From a virus (taxonomy: Duplodnaviria; Heunggongvirae; Uroviricota; Caudoviricetes), in IMG/VR virus record IMGVR_UViG_3300023210_000016: a stretch of DNA of 64,000 nucleotides. One strand, given 5' to 3'. Shown piece after piece: positions 1-9,543 of the stretch (within the stretch, counting starts at the first letter, position 1; each line of letters begins with the position of its first letter). The notes under the pieces were generated by a model that did not search any database, had not been told where the DNA came from, and worked only from the letters and a program-made list of their open reading frames with translations. The translations under genes and the position numbers were made by a program.

Positions 1-292
1 CGTACGGTCTGCCACGATGCTAGTAGGGGAAGTTGCTCGAATTGCAAATTCAAAATCGACATCATCGCTGACTTCAGTTGGTTGGCCCTCAAGAATACCC
101 GTTGAACCCAGTCTCAAGCCACTAGGAAGCACCCCAGCAATTTGGGAATATGTGTTGGTGCCACCCGCCGAATCGGTAGAATTGAACTGCAATCTGTAAT
201 ATTCGCGTTCAGAAATTATTCCAAGTGAACCGGCTGTGGTTGTCCATGTCGGAGTGCCCATTTAGTTGTACCTCTTTTGACTATTTATCCGT

Positions 293-1195
293 TCATGGCC
301 GTTGTTTATACGCGGTCATATCGAACCAATTAGGACAACGGTCCTGCTCGCATAACATTGGCAATGCTGGTAACCGATTGGCTAGATTCTCTAATATGTT
401 GGGGTCGGAGATATTACATATTGGCTGTCCTTGGCCGCAATGTGATCTGCGAATGTGTCCAGCATAATCAATGACTAATGTGTCAAGACCAGCATAACAG
501 ATGTATCCCTTGTATGTATTTCTCTTCTCTGATCGAATCTTGTCTACGTGTTCATTTTCGTTGGTGTCCGACGTGGGTAGGTTATTTTCGGTGGTGCCAT
601 ACGCGATTTGTAATTGTTCAGGAGTATAATCCATTAAAACCTGATTGAATGGCATGTCTTTGTATAACAATTGATATGTTATTTGGATTTCGTGCTCTTG
701 AAATTCTTCGTCCCATCTGGTTTTTAACTCTGTCGCGGTTTCAAAATTTTCGGGGGTTGTGGCTATGGTAAGATGAAGATCGCGGTCTTTAAGAAGATCA
801 ATCTTCTCTTCGAGTTCCTCGATATCTACGAAATCCAAATGAACACTTATATTGACGGTGTTTAATGTGTTGGCGTTTTGCTCCCACCAGTCCAGATTTG
901 GTGATCCATTTGTGAGCAATGATGTTTTACAGTTCCTGTTATGAAGCATTCTCAATACCGACTGAAAGTTCGGGATCACCGTTGGTTCGCCGCCAGTGAA
1001 TTGTATCTCCACGGTTTTGCCCAGAGGTTCGTAATGATCAATGAATACTTCACAGATATCTTTGATGGTTTCTGCATCAGGTGGCATTTTTTTGTTCAGA
1101 TTTAGTCTACAATACGAACAACTGTAATTGCATACATCTCCAACTGTCCAAGCTATTCGAACGGTATCGGTTAGCTTAGTATTAATTTCATGCAT
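293..1195 (-). CDS. Radical SAM enzyme, 300 aa
   Basis: CxxxCxxC motif 'CNYSCSYC' followed by 'FTGGEPT' glycine-rich SAM-binding motif; typical radical-SAM core. Confidence 0.75.
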   Translation of the reverse strand: MHEINTKLTDTVRIAWTVGDVCNYSCSYCRLNLNKKMPPDAETIKDICEVFIDHYEPLGKTVEIQFTGGEPTVIPNFQSVLRMLHNRNCKTSLLTNGSPNLDWWEQNANTLNTVNISVHLDFVDIEELEEKIDLLKDRDLHLTIATTPENFETATELKTRWDEEFQEHEIQITYQLLYKDMPFNQVLMDYTPEQLQIAYGTTENNLPTSDTNENEHVDKIRSEKRNTYKGYICYAGLDTLVIDYAGHIRRSHCGQGQPICNISDPNILENLANRLPALPMLCEQDRCPNWFDMTAYKQRP

Positions 1196-1196
1196 A

Positions 1197-2606
1197 TTAG
1201 AACGAAGCCATTAGTGATCGTCGCCAAATAGCGGTTGAACCATCGTACACGCCTGTACAAATATAAATGTACGCGGAATCATATGCGAACATGCCCGGAA
1301 GATCACCAGAAACGCCAACACCTGCGGGCGTTTGAGGGGTTACCACGCGAAAATTATCACCGGCAACTTCGAAGTTCGAGCTTACACTTACTACTCCGGT
1401 TCCATTTGCATCTAATATCAAATTCTCATTGGTGATTGTCGCCCGAACTTGGTTATCAATAAGTTCGACACGTTGATTACTGATATTTCCTTCTACTTCC
1501 AGAACGTATGTATTGGATGGGCCGGTGCCGGAATTGCCTATGATAACATTTCCTAAACCATTAAGTCGAAATCCTTCAACAACATTTAATCCAGCATCTC
1601 GGTACGTTAAACGCAACAACATGGAATTGCCAGTTTCTCTCCACAGAGACATGCCAGAGCCAAGACCATTTTGATCGGCAGAGTAAAACGCACCAACGGT
1701 TTCATCGTTCGCAGCATCAGTGTGGGTGGTTTGTACCCACCCATTGTCGGCACCACCCACGTTCAATACTGGTCCAACAATACCCAATTGAGAATAATCA
1801 CCATTGGTATTACCAACGCTCATATCACCCGCAGCATTGAAACGCATAACTTCAGCAGTATTGGATGTAAAACTCAGAATATTACCATTATGGTCATATT
1901 TGATTTCACCCAAAGTAGCGGAGTTGGCGTCAGTCCATGCAATTGATCCAAATCCGGAGGTCGTATTCAAAAATGTTAATTGTGCCTGTAATGACCCTTC
2001 GATAATAATACCCTTGGCCTGTTGTGCGGTGACGGCGGTTACGGCAGAGCTTGCATTGGTTACGTGTAGATTTGCTAATGGTGTAGCTTGCGTGATACCG
2101 ACCTGTCCGGTCGCATCCATTTTCATGAATTCAGTAGCCACTGTACCAAATGCCAATGTGGAAGAAGCCCCCCGAACGATCAATGATGCTTTACCCGCAT
2201 CGTCAACCGCCACAGATAATCCATCGGTATCGGTTGTGCTGAAGGTATCATTGCCAATAATCAATCCCCAAGGGGTTTGGTCATCTGCAGTAATTTTAAC
2301 CAACATACTAGCGGTGCTGGCGTTATCTTCTACTTCTAATCTTGCCACGGGAGTTGAGGTGCTTATTCCGAGATTGCCACTGGTAATGATCACATCGCCT
2401 GTTCCATTTGGATCAAGAATGATCTGTCCATTGGTGTCATCACTTATTATACTGTTCCCGGTGAGGGATAAATTACTCAAAGAAGCACCACCTAATTCGG
2501 TGTATACTTCCGTGAAGTTATCATTGATTTTTATCATCGAAGTTCTTATAGGATCACCCGTCCCGTCATTGGCGCTACTGCCTACATCTACTACCTGCTG
2601 TGTCAT
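1197..2606 (-). CDS. Tail fibre protein, 469 aa, Gly/Thr/Ser-rich
   Basis: N-terminus 'DPIRTSMIKINDNFTEVY' resembles the conserved tail-fibre N-terminal motif; low-complexity G/T/S-rich beta-rich body. Confidence 0.6.
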   Translation of the reverse strand: MTQQVVDVGSSANDGTGDPIRTSMIKINDNFTEVYTELGGASLSNLSLTGNSIISDDTNGQIILDPNGTGDVIITSGNLGISTSTPVARLEVEDNASTASMLVKITADDQTPWGLIIGNDTFSTTDTDGLSVAVDDAGKASLIVRGASSTLAFGTVATEFMKMDATGQVGITQATPLANLHVTNASSAVTAVTAQQAKGIIIEGSLQAQLTFLNTTSGFGSIAWTDANSATLGEIKYDHNGNILSFTSNTAEVMRFNAAGDMSVGNTNGDYSQLGIVGPVLNVGGADNGWVQTTHTDAANDETVGAFYSADQNGLGSGMSLWRETGNSMLLRLTYRDAGLNVVEGFRLNGLGNVIIGNSGTGPSNTYVLEVEGNISNQRVELIDNQVRATITNENLILDANGTGVVSVSSNFEVAGDNFRVVTPQTPAGVGVSGDLPGMFAYDSAYIYICTGVYDGSTAIWRRSLMASF

Positions 2607-2690
2607 GTCATTTCCTATGTTGTTAGGTATTTATCTAATTTTATAAAACGCTACACCAAGCATAAATAACATATTACAATAGGAGATGTT

Positions 2691-3365
2691 ATGTATATAC
2701 GAGATGTACAAATCGAAAATACCGTTAAAGTGACTCGTGGTGACTGCACGTTCCACAGAAAAAACAAAGCGTATCATGCCCTTTACGAATGTGATGTATG
2801 TGGCATTGAGTTTACTAGAAAAGGGAAGTTCAGAAACAATATGGGATCATCGCACAATTATGAAGAAAGATGTAAAATGAATTCATATTGCAGTAAATGT
2901 TATCATCCGGCAATCACTCATGAGAATTCAGTTAAATCTCGACTTTCAAAACGCATCCTTGGGGAACAAAAAACTGACAAAGATGGCTATGTTCATAGAT
3001 TTGTTGGTCCGGATTGGCCCTATCAAAAAACATGGAATAAGCAAAATAGAAACTGGATACGTGAGCATATATATGTAATGTCCAATCATCTGGCGCGAAT
3101 GTTGTTATGCGGCGAACAGATACATCACATAGACGGTGATAAGAAAAACAACGATATCGATAATTTGGTATTATTATCGGCCAGCGAACATAAAATCGCA
3201 CACGATTCATATGAATTGGTTGGTCGCAATCTGTGTAAAATGGGTCATATTAGATTTGATCGAGGGGCAAACACCTATGTAATAAGCGAAGACCTGATGC
3301 GACAATTATCAGGAACAATAGACGCATCAAGTAATATGACCACAGACATGTCTATCACTATTTAA
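2691..3365 (+). CDS. HNH homing endonuclease, 224 aa
   Basis: Motif 'HHIDGDKKNNDIDNLVLLSASEHKIAH' (HNH); N-terminal CxxC zinc-finger-like pairs. Confidence 0.8.
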   Translation: MYIRDVQIENTVKVTRGDCTFHRKNKAYHALYECDVCGIEFTRKGKFRNNMGSSHNYEERCKMNSYCSKCYHPAITHENSVKSRLSKRILGEQKTDKDGYVHRFVGPDWPYQKTWNKQNRNWIREHIYVMSNHLARMLLCGEQIHHIDGDKKNNDIDNLVLLSASEHKIAHDSYELVGRNLCKMGHIRFDRGANTYVISEDLMRQLSGTIDASSNMTTDMSITI

Positions 3366-3409
3366 TACATAGGCGAACTTATGCTAAATACCATAACAGG
3401 AGTGAACAT

Positions 3410-4483
3410 ATGTCCTTTTTAAAGAGCGTTGCAGTTATCCTGATTAGTGTGTTTTTTGTTACCTCGACAGATGCCCACCATATCAATTTAGCTGATCTAG
3501 TGCAGACGGTGGAGAAGAGCATCGTAATTGTACAAGCTGTTCCGAACGAACAACCAAAACCAATAAAAAACAGCAACCCTTTTAGTCAATACGGACAACC
3601 CCCTGCCAAAAAACCCGATCCTGCACAAAAAGATCAACCAACTAAGTCCGGAACAGGGTTTGTGGTTGAAGGTGGAATCATTGTAACAAACGCTCATGTG
3701 GTTGAAGATTCCAAGTTTGCATACGTGTTATTCAAGAACCAAATGAAACGCCACAAAGTGATAATCAAACATCTCGATAGAAAAGCTGATATCGCCGTTC
3801 TCGTACCCGAAAATAATCAATTATTAGTCAGCATCGCCCCATTATCATTTAGTACTGACCTCTTACGATCAGGTCAGTCGGTGTTTGCTATCGGTCATCC
3901 ACTAGGATTCAAATACACGGTATCTACCGGCATTATCAGTAGCCCAAGTGTTCATTTGCCACAAGATACCAATCCGTTCCGCAGATTCGTACAAACCGAC
4001 ACAAGCATCAATCAAGGAAATTCTGGTGGCCCTTTGATGAACCATAGAGGCGAAGTTGTTGGCGTGAACACAATCATTATTTCACCCGGCAGAGTAGGAT
4101 CAATTGGATTGGGTTTCAGTCTAAGAGGTGATTATGTTCAGCGTGTGTTGAACCATTTTCGTAACTTTGGTGAGATCAAACGTCCGCGCATTGGCATTAA
4201 GTTAGGCTATAACCAAGAAAAAGAACGCCTATATGTTATGGAAATACAACCAAACTCACCTGCATCAAGTAGTGGGATATTGGTCGGAGACCTGATATTG
4301 AAGATCAATGCTGACGAGATAACCCTCATGGAACATATCTTCAATGCATTAGAACAACTGATGCCAAATGATGATATGAGAGTGCAAGTTAGCCGTGATG
4401 GTGTTATCACGACATATTCAGTGATCTTGGGTGATCTACGAGAATTTGAAAAGAAAGAAGCTCTAAAACTTAAAGTACGTTGA
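3410..4483 (+). CDS. HtrA/DegP-like trypsin-family serine protease with C-terminal PDZ domain, 357 aa; N-terminal signal peptide
   Basis: Catalytic motifs 'TNAHVV' (His), 'DIAVL' (Asp) and 'GNSGGPL' (Ser); hydrophobic N-terminus; RBS AGGAG 7 nt upstream. Confidence 0.85.
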   Translation: MSFLKSVAVILISVFFVTSTDAHHINLADLVQTVEKSIVIVQAVPNEQPKPIKNSNPFSQYGQPPAKKPDPAQKDQPTKSGTGFVVEGGIIVTNAHVVEDSKFAYVLFKNQMKRHKVIIKHLDRKADIAVLVPENNQLLVSIAPLSFSTDLLRSGQSVFAIGHPLGFKYTVSTGIISSPSVHLPQDTNPFRRFVQTDTSINQGNSGGPLMNHRGEVVGVNTIIISPGRVGSIGLGFSLRGDYVQRVLNHFRNFGEIKRPRIGIKLGYNQEKERLYVMEIQPNSPASSSGILVGDLILKINADEITLMEHIFNALEQLMPNDDMRVQVSRDGVITTYSVILGDLREFEKKEALKLKVR

Positions 4484-5063
4484 AGCTTTCTGCGAATTCA
4501 TAGAGATTGGTTTCGCGATTGAACGTTATCAATCCAGCCTTGACCATTTCGAATATAAGCTTTTCTGATTTCGCATGACAGTTGTTGTGTTCCTGTACTG
4601 TCATTGTTACTAAATTTTCTAGTTTGTTGTTTTTCTTGTCACCATCTATGTGATGAACAACTTCGCCTTTAGCCATGCTTCTGCCTAAATGTGATTCCAT
4701 GACATACGTATGCTGTCTAGCCCAATATCTGCCACCACCGTTACGAGTAATAAAGTTGTCGTCCAAACCTACGAATACAACATTATATTGGTCCCATGTT
4801 TCCCTCACTTCGCCAATTTCATATCTTTCTAGAATTTTCTTCGCACGATGCGCGGCCAACATCTTAGCTGCCGCCGATGCTCCGCAATCATTGCATACGT
4901 GATTATAATCGTCAGATAATCTGACCGGATCAACCGTGCCTTTTGCTCTGCAAAAAAATGCACTGCAACTATCACATGTGAAGTTGTGCCATGTTTTCTC
5001 TCGGAAATAGCTTCCGGATTTACGAGTAAATTCTGTCTTATTGAGGGTGTCGTTAATATACAT
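4470..5063 (-). CDS. HNH homing endonuclease, 197 aa; paralogue of 2691..3365
   Basis: Motif 'HHIDGDKKNNKLENLV...QEHNNCH'; N-terminal Cys pairs 'CDSCSAFFC', 'CNDC'. Confidence 0.8.
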   Translation of the reverse strand: MYINDTLNKTEFTRKSGSYFREKTWHNFTCDSCSAFFCRAKGTVDPVRLSDDYNHVCNDCGASAAAKMLAAHRAKKILERYEIGEVRETWDQYNVVFVGLDDNFITRNGGGRYWARQHTYVMESHLGRSMAKGEVVHHIDGDKKNNKLENLVTMTVQEHNNCHAKSEKLIFEMVKAGLITFNRETNLYEFAESFNVL

Positions 5064-5136
5064 TATTGTTCCTTTGTGTATTGGTATTTAGCAATACAAA
5101 GTCTCAATTATAACAGCATATTATTCTGTATTAGTA

Positions 5137-5466
5137 TTAGCCGAAAGCCACGCTCTCGCCACAACCACATGAGCTGGTGGAATTAGGATTCACCACCGTT
5201 AGCATTGAACCCATAATATCTGTTTTGTAATCAATTGTAGAACCGATTAAATACATGATTGCAATTACGTCAACTGCAAACACATAATCTGTGTCACGCA
5301 ATTCAATAATTTCCTCGTCTTTAAGTTCATCTTTCTTAATGACATCCCATTCGTATGAGAACCCAGCACAGCCACCACCACGAACACTTAATCTAACCGC
5401 ATCCATGTCATGGGTGCTGCATATTTCAATAAGATGATCTCTTGCGGAGTCTGTTAGTGTAATCAT
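5137..5466 (-). CDS. iscA: IscA/HesB-family Fe-S cluster insertion protein, 109 aa
   Basis: '[11 protein letters not shown]' and C-terminal '[12 protein letters not shown]' match the IscA/ErpA signature cysteines. Confidence 0.85.
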   Translation of the reverse strand: MITLTDSARDHLIEICSTHDMDAVRLSVRGGGCAGFSYEWDVIKKDELKDEEIIELRDTDYVFAVDVIAIMYLIGSTIDYKTDIMGSMLTVVNPNSTSSCGCGESVAFG

Positions 5467-5684
5467 TTTTTATGACGGAATGTAATCCGACCTTTCGATA
5501 AATCGTATGGGGTCATTTCGACCGAGACGCTATCACCTACCACTACATTGATACGATGCATGCGCATCTTACCATTCAAGTGTGCTAGTATTTCGTGTTC
5601 GTTCTCTAACAACACGCGGAAGGTGGAATTCGGACATACCTCTAATATCTCACCTTCAAATTCAAGTAATTGCTCTTTCGCCAT
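5463..5684 (-). CDS. infA: Translation initiation factor IF-1, 73 aa
   Basis: Near full-length similarity to bacterial IF-1: 'MAKE...FRV.LEN.H...AH..GKMR......[17 protein letters not shown]'. Confidence 0.9.
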   Translation of the reverse strand: MAKEQLLEFEGEILEVCPNSTFRVLLENEHEILAHLNGKMRMHRINVVVGDSVSVEMTPYDLSKGRITFRHKK

Positions 5685-5735
5685 TATGGGGTGACGCCGC
5701 CCTGTAACTTAATCTTTTTCTTTAACATATATTAT

Positions 5736-6062
5736 TTAGGACGGTTTGGAGTATTTGACAACTTCTGTGTCAAGATAATCGGCTATTTCATGAAGACGAG
5801 CAACGATGTGACGGAATGTCTCCATATCAACGTCTAAAATCCATTCACCATCATCGGTCGGGGTCAAATACGACTCCACAACTTCATCAATAATCACTTT
5901 TAAAGGGACGATATCCTTGATTGATGGATCATCTTCATTGCCCACGTAAACATAATGGGTGATTGAGATTGGATCGGTTTCGATATCAAGTTCTAGATAT
6001 GAGTTGAATTGTACTGCACTTTTTGACATGTTATCCTGTCCATCCCTTGGCATCGATTTCAA
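5736..6062 (-). CDS. Hypothetical acidic protein, 108 aa
   Basis: ORF with coding-like composition, operonic with infA. Confidence 0.5.
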   Translation of the reverse strand: MKSMPRDGQDNMSKSAVQFNSYLELDIETDPISITHYVYVGNEDDPSIKDIVPLKVIIDEVVESYLTPTDDGEWILDVDMETFRHIVARLHEIADYLDTEVVKYSKPS

Positions 6063-6429
6063 TCGCTCGTTCTTTGCACTTGTTTGTGCCTTCGGTTATG
6101 CCTTTCAGGGCGTTCAAGGCATCTAGGGTTGATGTGTCGGAATTGAGCGGGTACACATAATCTGGTGCCGCTGCGAGTTTGCTGTACTTCAGTGCAAACA
6201 CAGTGAATGTTTGACTGTTCTCGAATCGGAATGTGGTAAATGGCACCCGAAAATCACTCACCTGATATATGATATATCCTTCTAACTGACGTGCGTATTG
6301 CGCCATTGCCAGTGCTTCCGCGTCTGCGAGTGAACGGAGAGTCAATAACGGAAGGCTCATATCCACGAAGAATTTCATCTCGTGATTATCAATCATGGAT
6401 GACGGTATAAAATTCGAATGTCCTAGCAT
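6031..6429 (-). CDS. Hypothetical protein, 132 aa
   Basis: ORF; no recognisable motif. Confidence 0.45.
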   Translation of the reverse strand: MLGHSNFIPSSMIDNHEMKFFVDMSLPLLTLRSLADAEALAMAQYARQLEGYIIYQVSDFRVPFTTFRFENSQTFTVFALKYSKLAAAPDYVYPLNSDTSTLDALNALKGITEGTNKCKERAIEIDAKGWTG

Positions 6430-6604
6430 TATTTGTCCCTTAACAGGAGCGATGATATTCGGTGCTCCAAGAATTCCTTTACGATTGTTCGTTTGTGGGG
6501 TTCATTCCACGGCATGCTCATAAGGTCTAATTCTTCAAGCATGTTTTTACACATTTGCATCTCGTTGTACGAACCGGTATCTAGTGTCACCCTGATCTCC
6601 TACG

Positions 6605-6633
6605 TTGACTTTATAACGACCATCATATATAAT
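6605..6633 (+). promoter_or_regulatory. sigma70 consensus promoter TTGACT-N17-TATAAT driving 6677..8218
   Basis: Read directly: ttgact(6605-6610)...tataat(6628-6633). Confidence 0.6.
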
Positions 6634-6676
6634 TAACAACATCGAGTCAAGCTAAATATCTCGTATAGGAGAGATA

Positions 6677-8218
6677 ATGTTAATAGATGCTACCGGTCAA
6701 AAAGTGATCAATTTACCAAGCATAATCATATCATTTTCGTCGTTTGAACAGAGCGGGGTTGACCTGATAATAATGCTCAATGGGGAAAAAATTATTGTCG
6801 AACAGTATTTTCTGCAAAACCCATTGCCTATCATTCAAGTCGATGGTGCAAATATATACCCCGTGGATACTATTGACAATCATGTCGGTACTGTGGTATA
6901 TGTTACAGGTGACGTAGTGGTAAAGACAGATGATATATCATGGCGTTTAGTGAAAGTAGGCGATAAGCTTTATCAGGATGAAGTGATTATCACCCCCGGC
7001 GATGGTATCGTGAAGATAGCGTTAGATCATGGTTCGTTTATCGAATTGAAACAAGGGCAAAGACTGGTACTGGATGAAGTTATCTTCGACCAAGAAATAC
7101 CACCGATGCCGGGAATGCAATTAGATGTGAGCCAATTCAGTATGCCAGATTTATACGGATTGCATGTATCGATTGATCCAATAATGAAATACATTGATCC
7201 AGATAACGACCATTATGATCCAGATAAGTATTATGAACTCAGACTACAAAGGGATGAAGAACGTGCATCAGATGGACCTGCCACTGAAGTGGTCGATGGC
7301 GAATTTCCACCAAAGTTTAGCTTCGTCTCTGAAGCCAGTGGAAATACCGGAATACTTACAACCAGAGATACCGCCACCGGACCTATTGGCAATTTCACAA
7401 GCATTGAGCTGGATTCGGGACAGGAATTGGCCACCCCAACTGGAGATGAAATTGGAACGACCGTTGGATCGGAGACAACGCAAACCGTCAACGATGTACC
7501 TGACACAAATCCAGTACCAATTCCAGAAGAGCCAGTAGATGATAGTACCGACACCGGATTGGCGGAACACACCGACGACGGATCAACTGGAACTGGAGTT
7601 TCCACGCCTGATCCAGATTGCAACGATGACGCTGGACCCGCAACTGATCCAACCCCTGACACAAGTCCAGTACCAGTTCCTACCCCCGAACCCACCGCAG
7701 TCGTAACTGTTTCAACTGTTACAGAAACATTTGTTACATCTTCTGAACCAACAATAACTACGGTTTGGATTCGTGACACAATCGCAGACGAACTGATCGA
7801 CAACAAACACCCCGATATTGACAACGGCGGCGAAGGTCACGATAAACATAGTGATCTTGTTCGGACAACGTTCAGTCATTTCGTGGATGAGTCAGTTATC
7901 GAAATCACCACGACGGTTGTAGAAACTACCACAACCACAACCGTGATAGGTGATCAGGCCCCGACTATTATTGTCGAGGGGCCAACGGTAATCAATGAGT
8001 CAGTGACTTCTGAAACTTCTGCCAGTTCTCGCACAGAGACAACAAATATCGAATTCATTGATGACCATGATAATGGCCACGGCAACGAAGATGATCATAA
8101 CGATAATTCTAATTCGGGCAAAGGCAAGGGTAAAAAAGATCATGACGAAGATGAGCAAGAAGGGTACACGTTGACGCCACCACATGATACTCCGCACGAT
8201 CCCGAGATCATTCAGTAA
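6677..8218 (+). CDS. Thr/Pro/Asp-rich low-complexity protein, 513 aa, with internal repeats (DTNPVPIPE/DTSPVPVPT); possible surface or structural protein
   Basis: Long ORF behind a consensus promoter; globular N-terminal ~140 aa then T/P/D/E-rich region. Confidence 0.55.
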   Translation: MLIDATGQKVINLPSIIISFSSFEQSGVDLIIMLNGEKIIVEQYFLQNPLPIIQVDGANIYPVDTIDNHVGTVVYVTGDVVVKTDDISWRLVKVGDKLYQDEVIITPGDGIVKIALDHGSFIELKQGQRLVLDEVIFDQEIPPMPGMQLDVSQFSMPDLYGLHVSIDPIMKYIDPDNDHYDPDKYYELRLQRDEERASDGPATEVVDGEFPPKFSFVSEASGNTGILTTRDTATGPIGNFTSIELDSGQELATPTGDEIGTTVGSETTQTVNDVPDTNPVPIPEEPVDDSTDTGLAEHTDDGSTGTGVSTPDPDCNDDAGPATDPTPDTSPVPVPTPEPTAVVTVSTVTETFVTSSEPTITTVWIRDTIADELIDNKHPDIDNGGEGHDKHSDLVRTTFSHFVDESVIEITTTVVETTTTTTVIGDQAPTIIVEGPTVINESVTSETSASSRTETTNIEFIDDHDNGHGNEDDHNDNSNSGKGKGKKDHDEDEQEGYTLTPPHDTPHDPEIIQ

Positions 8219-8219
8219 G

Positions 8220-8676
8220 TTATTGCGGCACGACCATCATGGTTAGTGTTCCAAAATATGAGCCAGCCGGTGCACTTGCGAGATCGCTCCCCTGTATGCG
8301 CACTTCTATTGTGGCCGTACCTGATCTGCAAAACGGCAATTTTCTACCCATCGCTTTTCCGGTAAGATTATGAATAGCAGTTCCTGTAGACAATTGCACT
8401 AAATTTCCTTGTCTGCTTTCTTTATACCAAACTTGAAAAGGTATATCGGCAGGTCCACTAGATACAACAAAGGCACCGGCAGCACCAGACCCTGTTACTG
8501 TTATACTATAAATTTTGTTGGTGGCGGCAACACAATGCACCGACTCACTGATTATTTCAGCAGCCCCCCAGCCATGTACCAAGATTGATATCGTCTATGT
8601 CTTGGATAATTGCATCTGCTGCGTATACAGGGAATGCATACAACATAAGAGCAAGTGCAAGAAATAGCTTTTTCAT
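8220..8676 (-). pseudogene. SCPU-domain (spore-coat-U/Csu-pilin-like) secreted protein split by a frameshift at a G6 (C6 on + strand) tract at 8564..8569
   Basis: 40-aa ORF from ATG 8676 encodes signal peptide 'MKKLFLALALMLYAFPVYAA' plus 'DIDDINLGTW' and stops just after the homopolymer. The TTG-start 120-aa ORF (8220..8582) continues in another frame with the SCPU C-terminus 'GSYFGTLTMMVVPQ'. Removing one G restores a ~152-aa protein collinear with the paralogue 8680..9213. Confidence 0.55.
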
Positions 8677-8679
8677 GGG

Positions 8680-9237
8680 TTATTCAGCGGCAACCAATAA
8701 TGTTAATGTTCCCGTAAAGGTGCCCACTGGTGCAGAGGCAAGGGAACTTTCGGTAACATCGATGCCAAGAGTAGCCGTTAATGCCGAACCACCATTACAG
8801 TTAGTGCTTGTAGCAGATGATGTTTGTCCCGCTAATGCTGAACCAGAAGTCAATGATGTTCCACTAGAAGAACCAGCAACATCATCCCACTTAACGGTGT
8901 AAGGAACCGTGTTAGTTCCGTCTGTCATTTCAAATGCACCGCCCGTTCCACTGCCACTAGCTGTGATAGAATAGCCGGTATTACTTGTCCAAATACAAAC
9001 ATCATCGGTTGATGATAGTGGGCCTGTTCCGGTCCATGTGCCGAAAGCAATATCGTCTATCGCTGTAATTCGAGCCAATGCTGGCACGGTAACGGAGATA
9101 GTACTAGTGCCTGATGATGTTGCGCCCACGTTTCCTTGGGATGCCGCAAATGCTTGAGCATTAATGATTGTTGCAATTGACCCTGCAACAAGGGCTGTTC
9201 TGATAAAAGTCATCGTAGTTCCTGTTATTCTTATCAT
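8680..9237 (-). CDS. SCPU-domain secreted protein, 185 aa in track; probable true start at Met9, 9213
   Basis: Signal peptide 'MTFIRTALVAGSIATIINAQAFAA'; N-terminal 'ITAIDDIAFGTW' and C-terminal 'PVGTFTGTLTLLVAAE' resemble the spore-coat-U/Csu pilin domain; RBS AGGAAC before the second Met. Confidence 0.6.
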   Translation of the reverse strand: MIRITGTTMTFIRTALVAGSIATIINAQAFAASQGNVGATSSGTSTISVTVPALARITAIDDIAFGTWTGTGPLSSTDDVCIWTSNTGYSITASGSGTGGAFEMTDGTNTVPYTVKWDDVAGSSSGTSLTSGSALAGQTSSATSTNCNGGSALTATLGIDVTESSLASAPVGTFTGTLTLLVAAE

Positions 9238-9245
9238 GAACTATT

Positions 9246-9263
9246 TATCTAAAATTTTAGATA
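9246..9263. promoter_or_regulatory. Perfect 18-bp palindrome TATCTAAAATTTTAGATA just upstream of the SCPU gene
   Basis: Read directly; sits ~-30 to -50 relative to the start codon. Confidence 0.5.
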
Positions 9264-9293
9264 AGATATAATAAGCTAGAACTACTCTAAAGG

Positions 9294-9372
9294 TACTAGG
9301 GGCCGGAATCGAACCGACTCGCCTTGCGGATGCCGTTATGAGCGGCAGGACTCCCCATTTGTCTTCCCTAGC
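9294..9372 (-). tRNA. tRNA, anticodon CAU (Met or Ile2-like), 79 nt, atypical 12-nt variable region and 3-bp D-stem; no encoded CCA
   Basis: Manual fold: acceptor GCTAGGG/CCCTAGT, anticodon stem TGCCG/CGGCA with loop CTCATAA, T-arm GTCGG-TTCGATT-CCGGC. Confidence 0.55.
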
Positions 9373-9543
9373 ATTAGTTAATCATCCTTCAATATGTACT
9401 TTTCAATACTCATGGCGAAGTATAACAAAGATGCGTATTGATCGTCTCTATACCGCTCACGTGGTCCGTCATCAGGCACATTATGCCCATAAAAAGTAAT
9501 GGCCTGTTCCATGATAGCAAGACGATCTGCTGGTGTTAAGTAC

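Noticed and set aside
1804-2646. 280-aa plus-strand ORF (and similar ones at 10942..11724, 12810..13253, 18257..18766, 45536..46024, 54089..54529)
   Set aside because: They lie fully inside long minus-strand genes that have clear protein motifs or structural-protein composition. They are shadow ORFs opposite G/T-rich coding sequence with no RBS or motif support.
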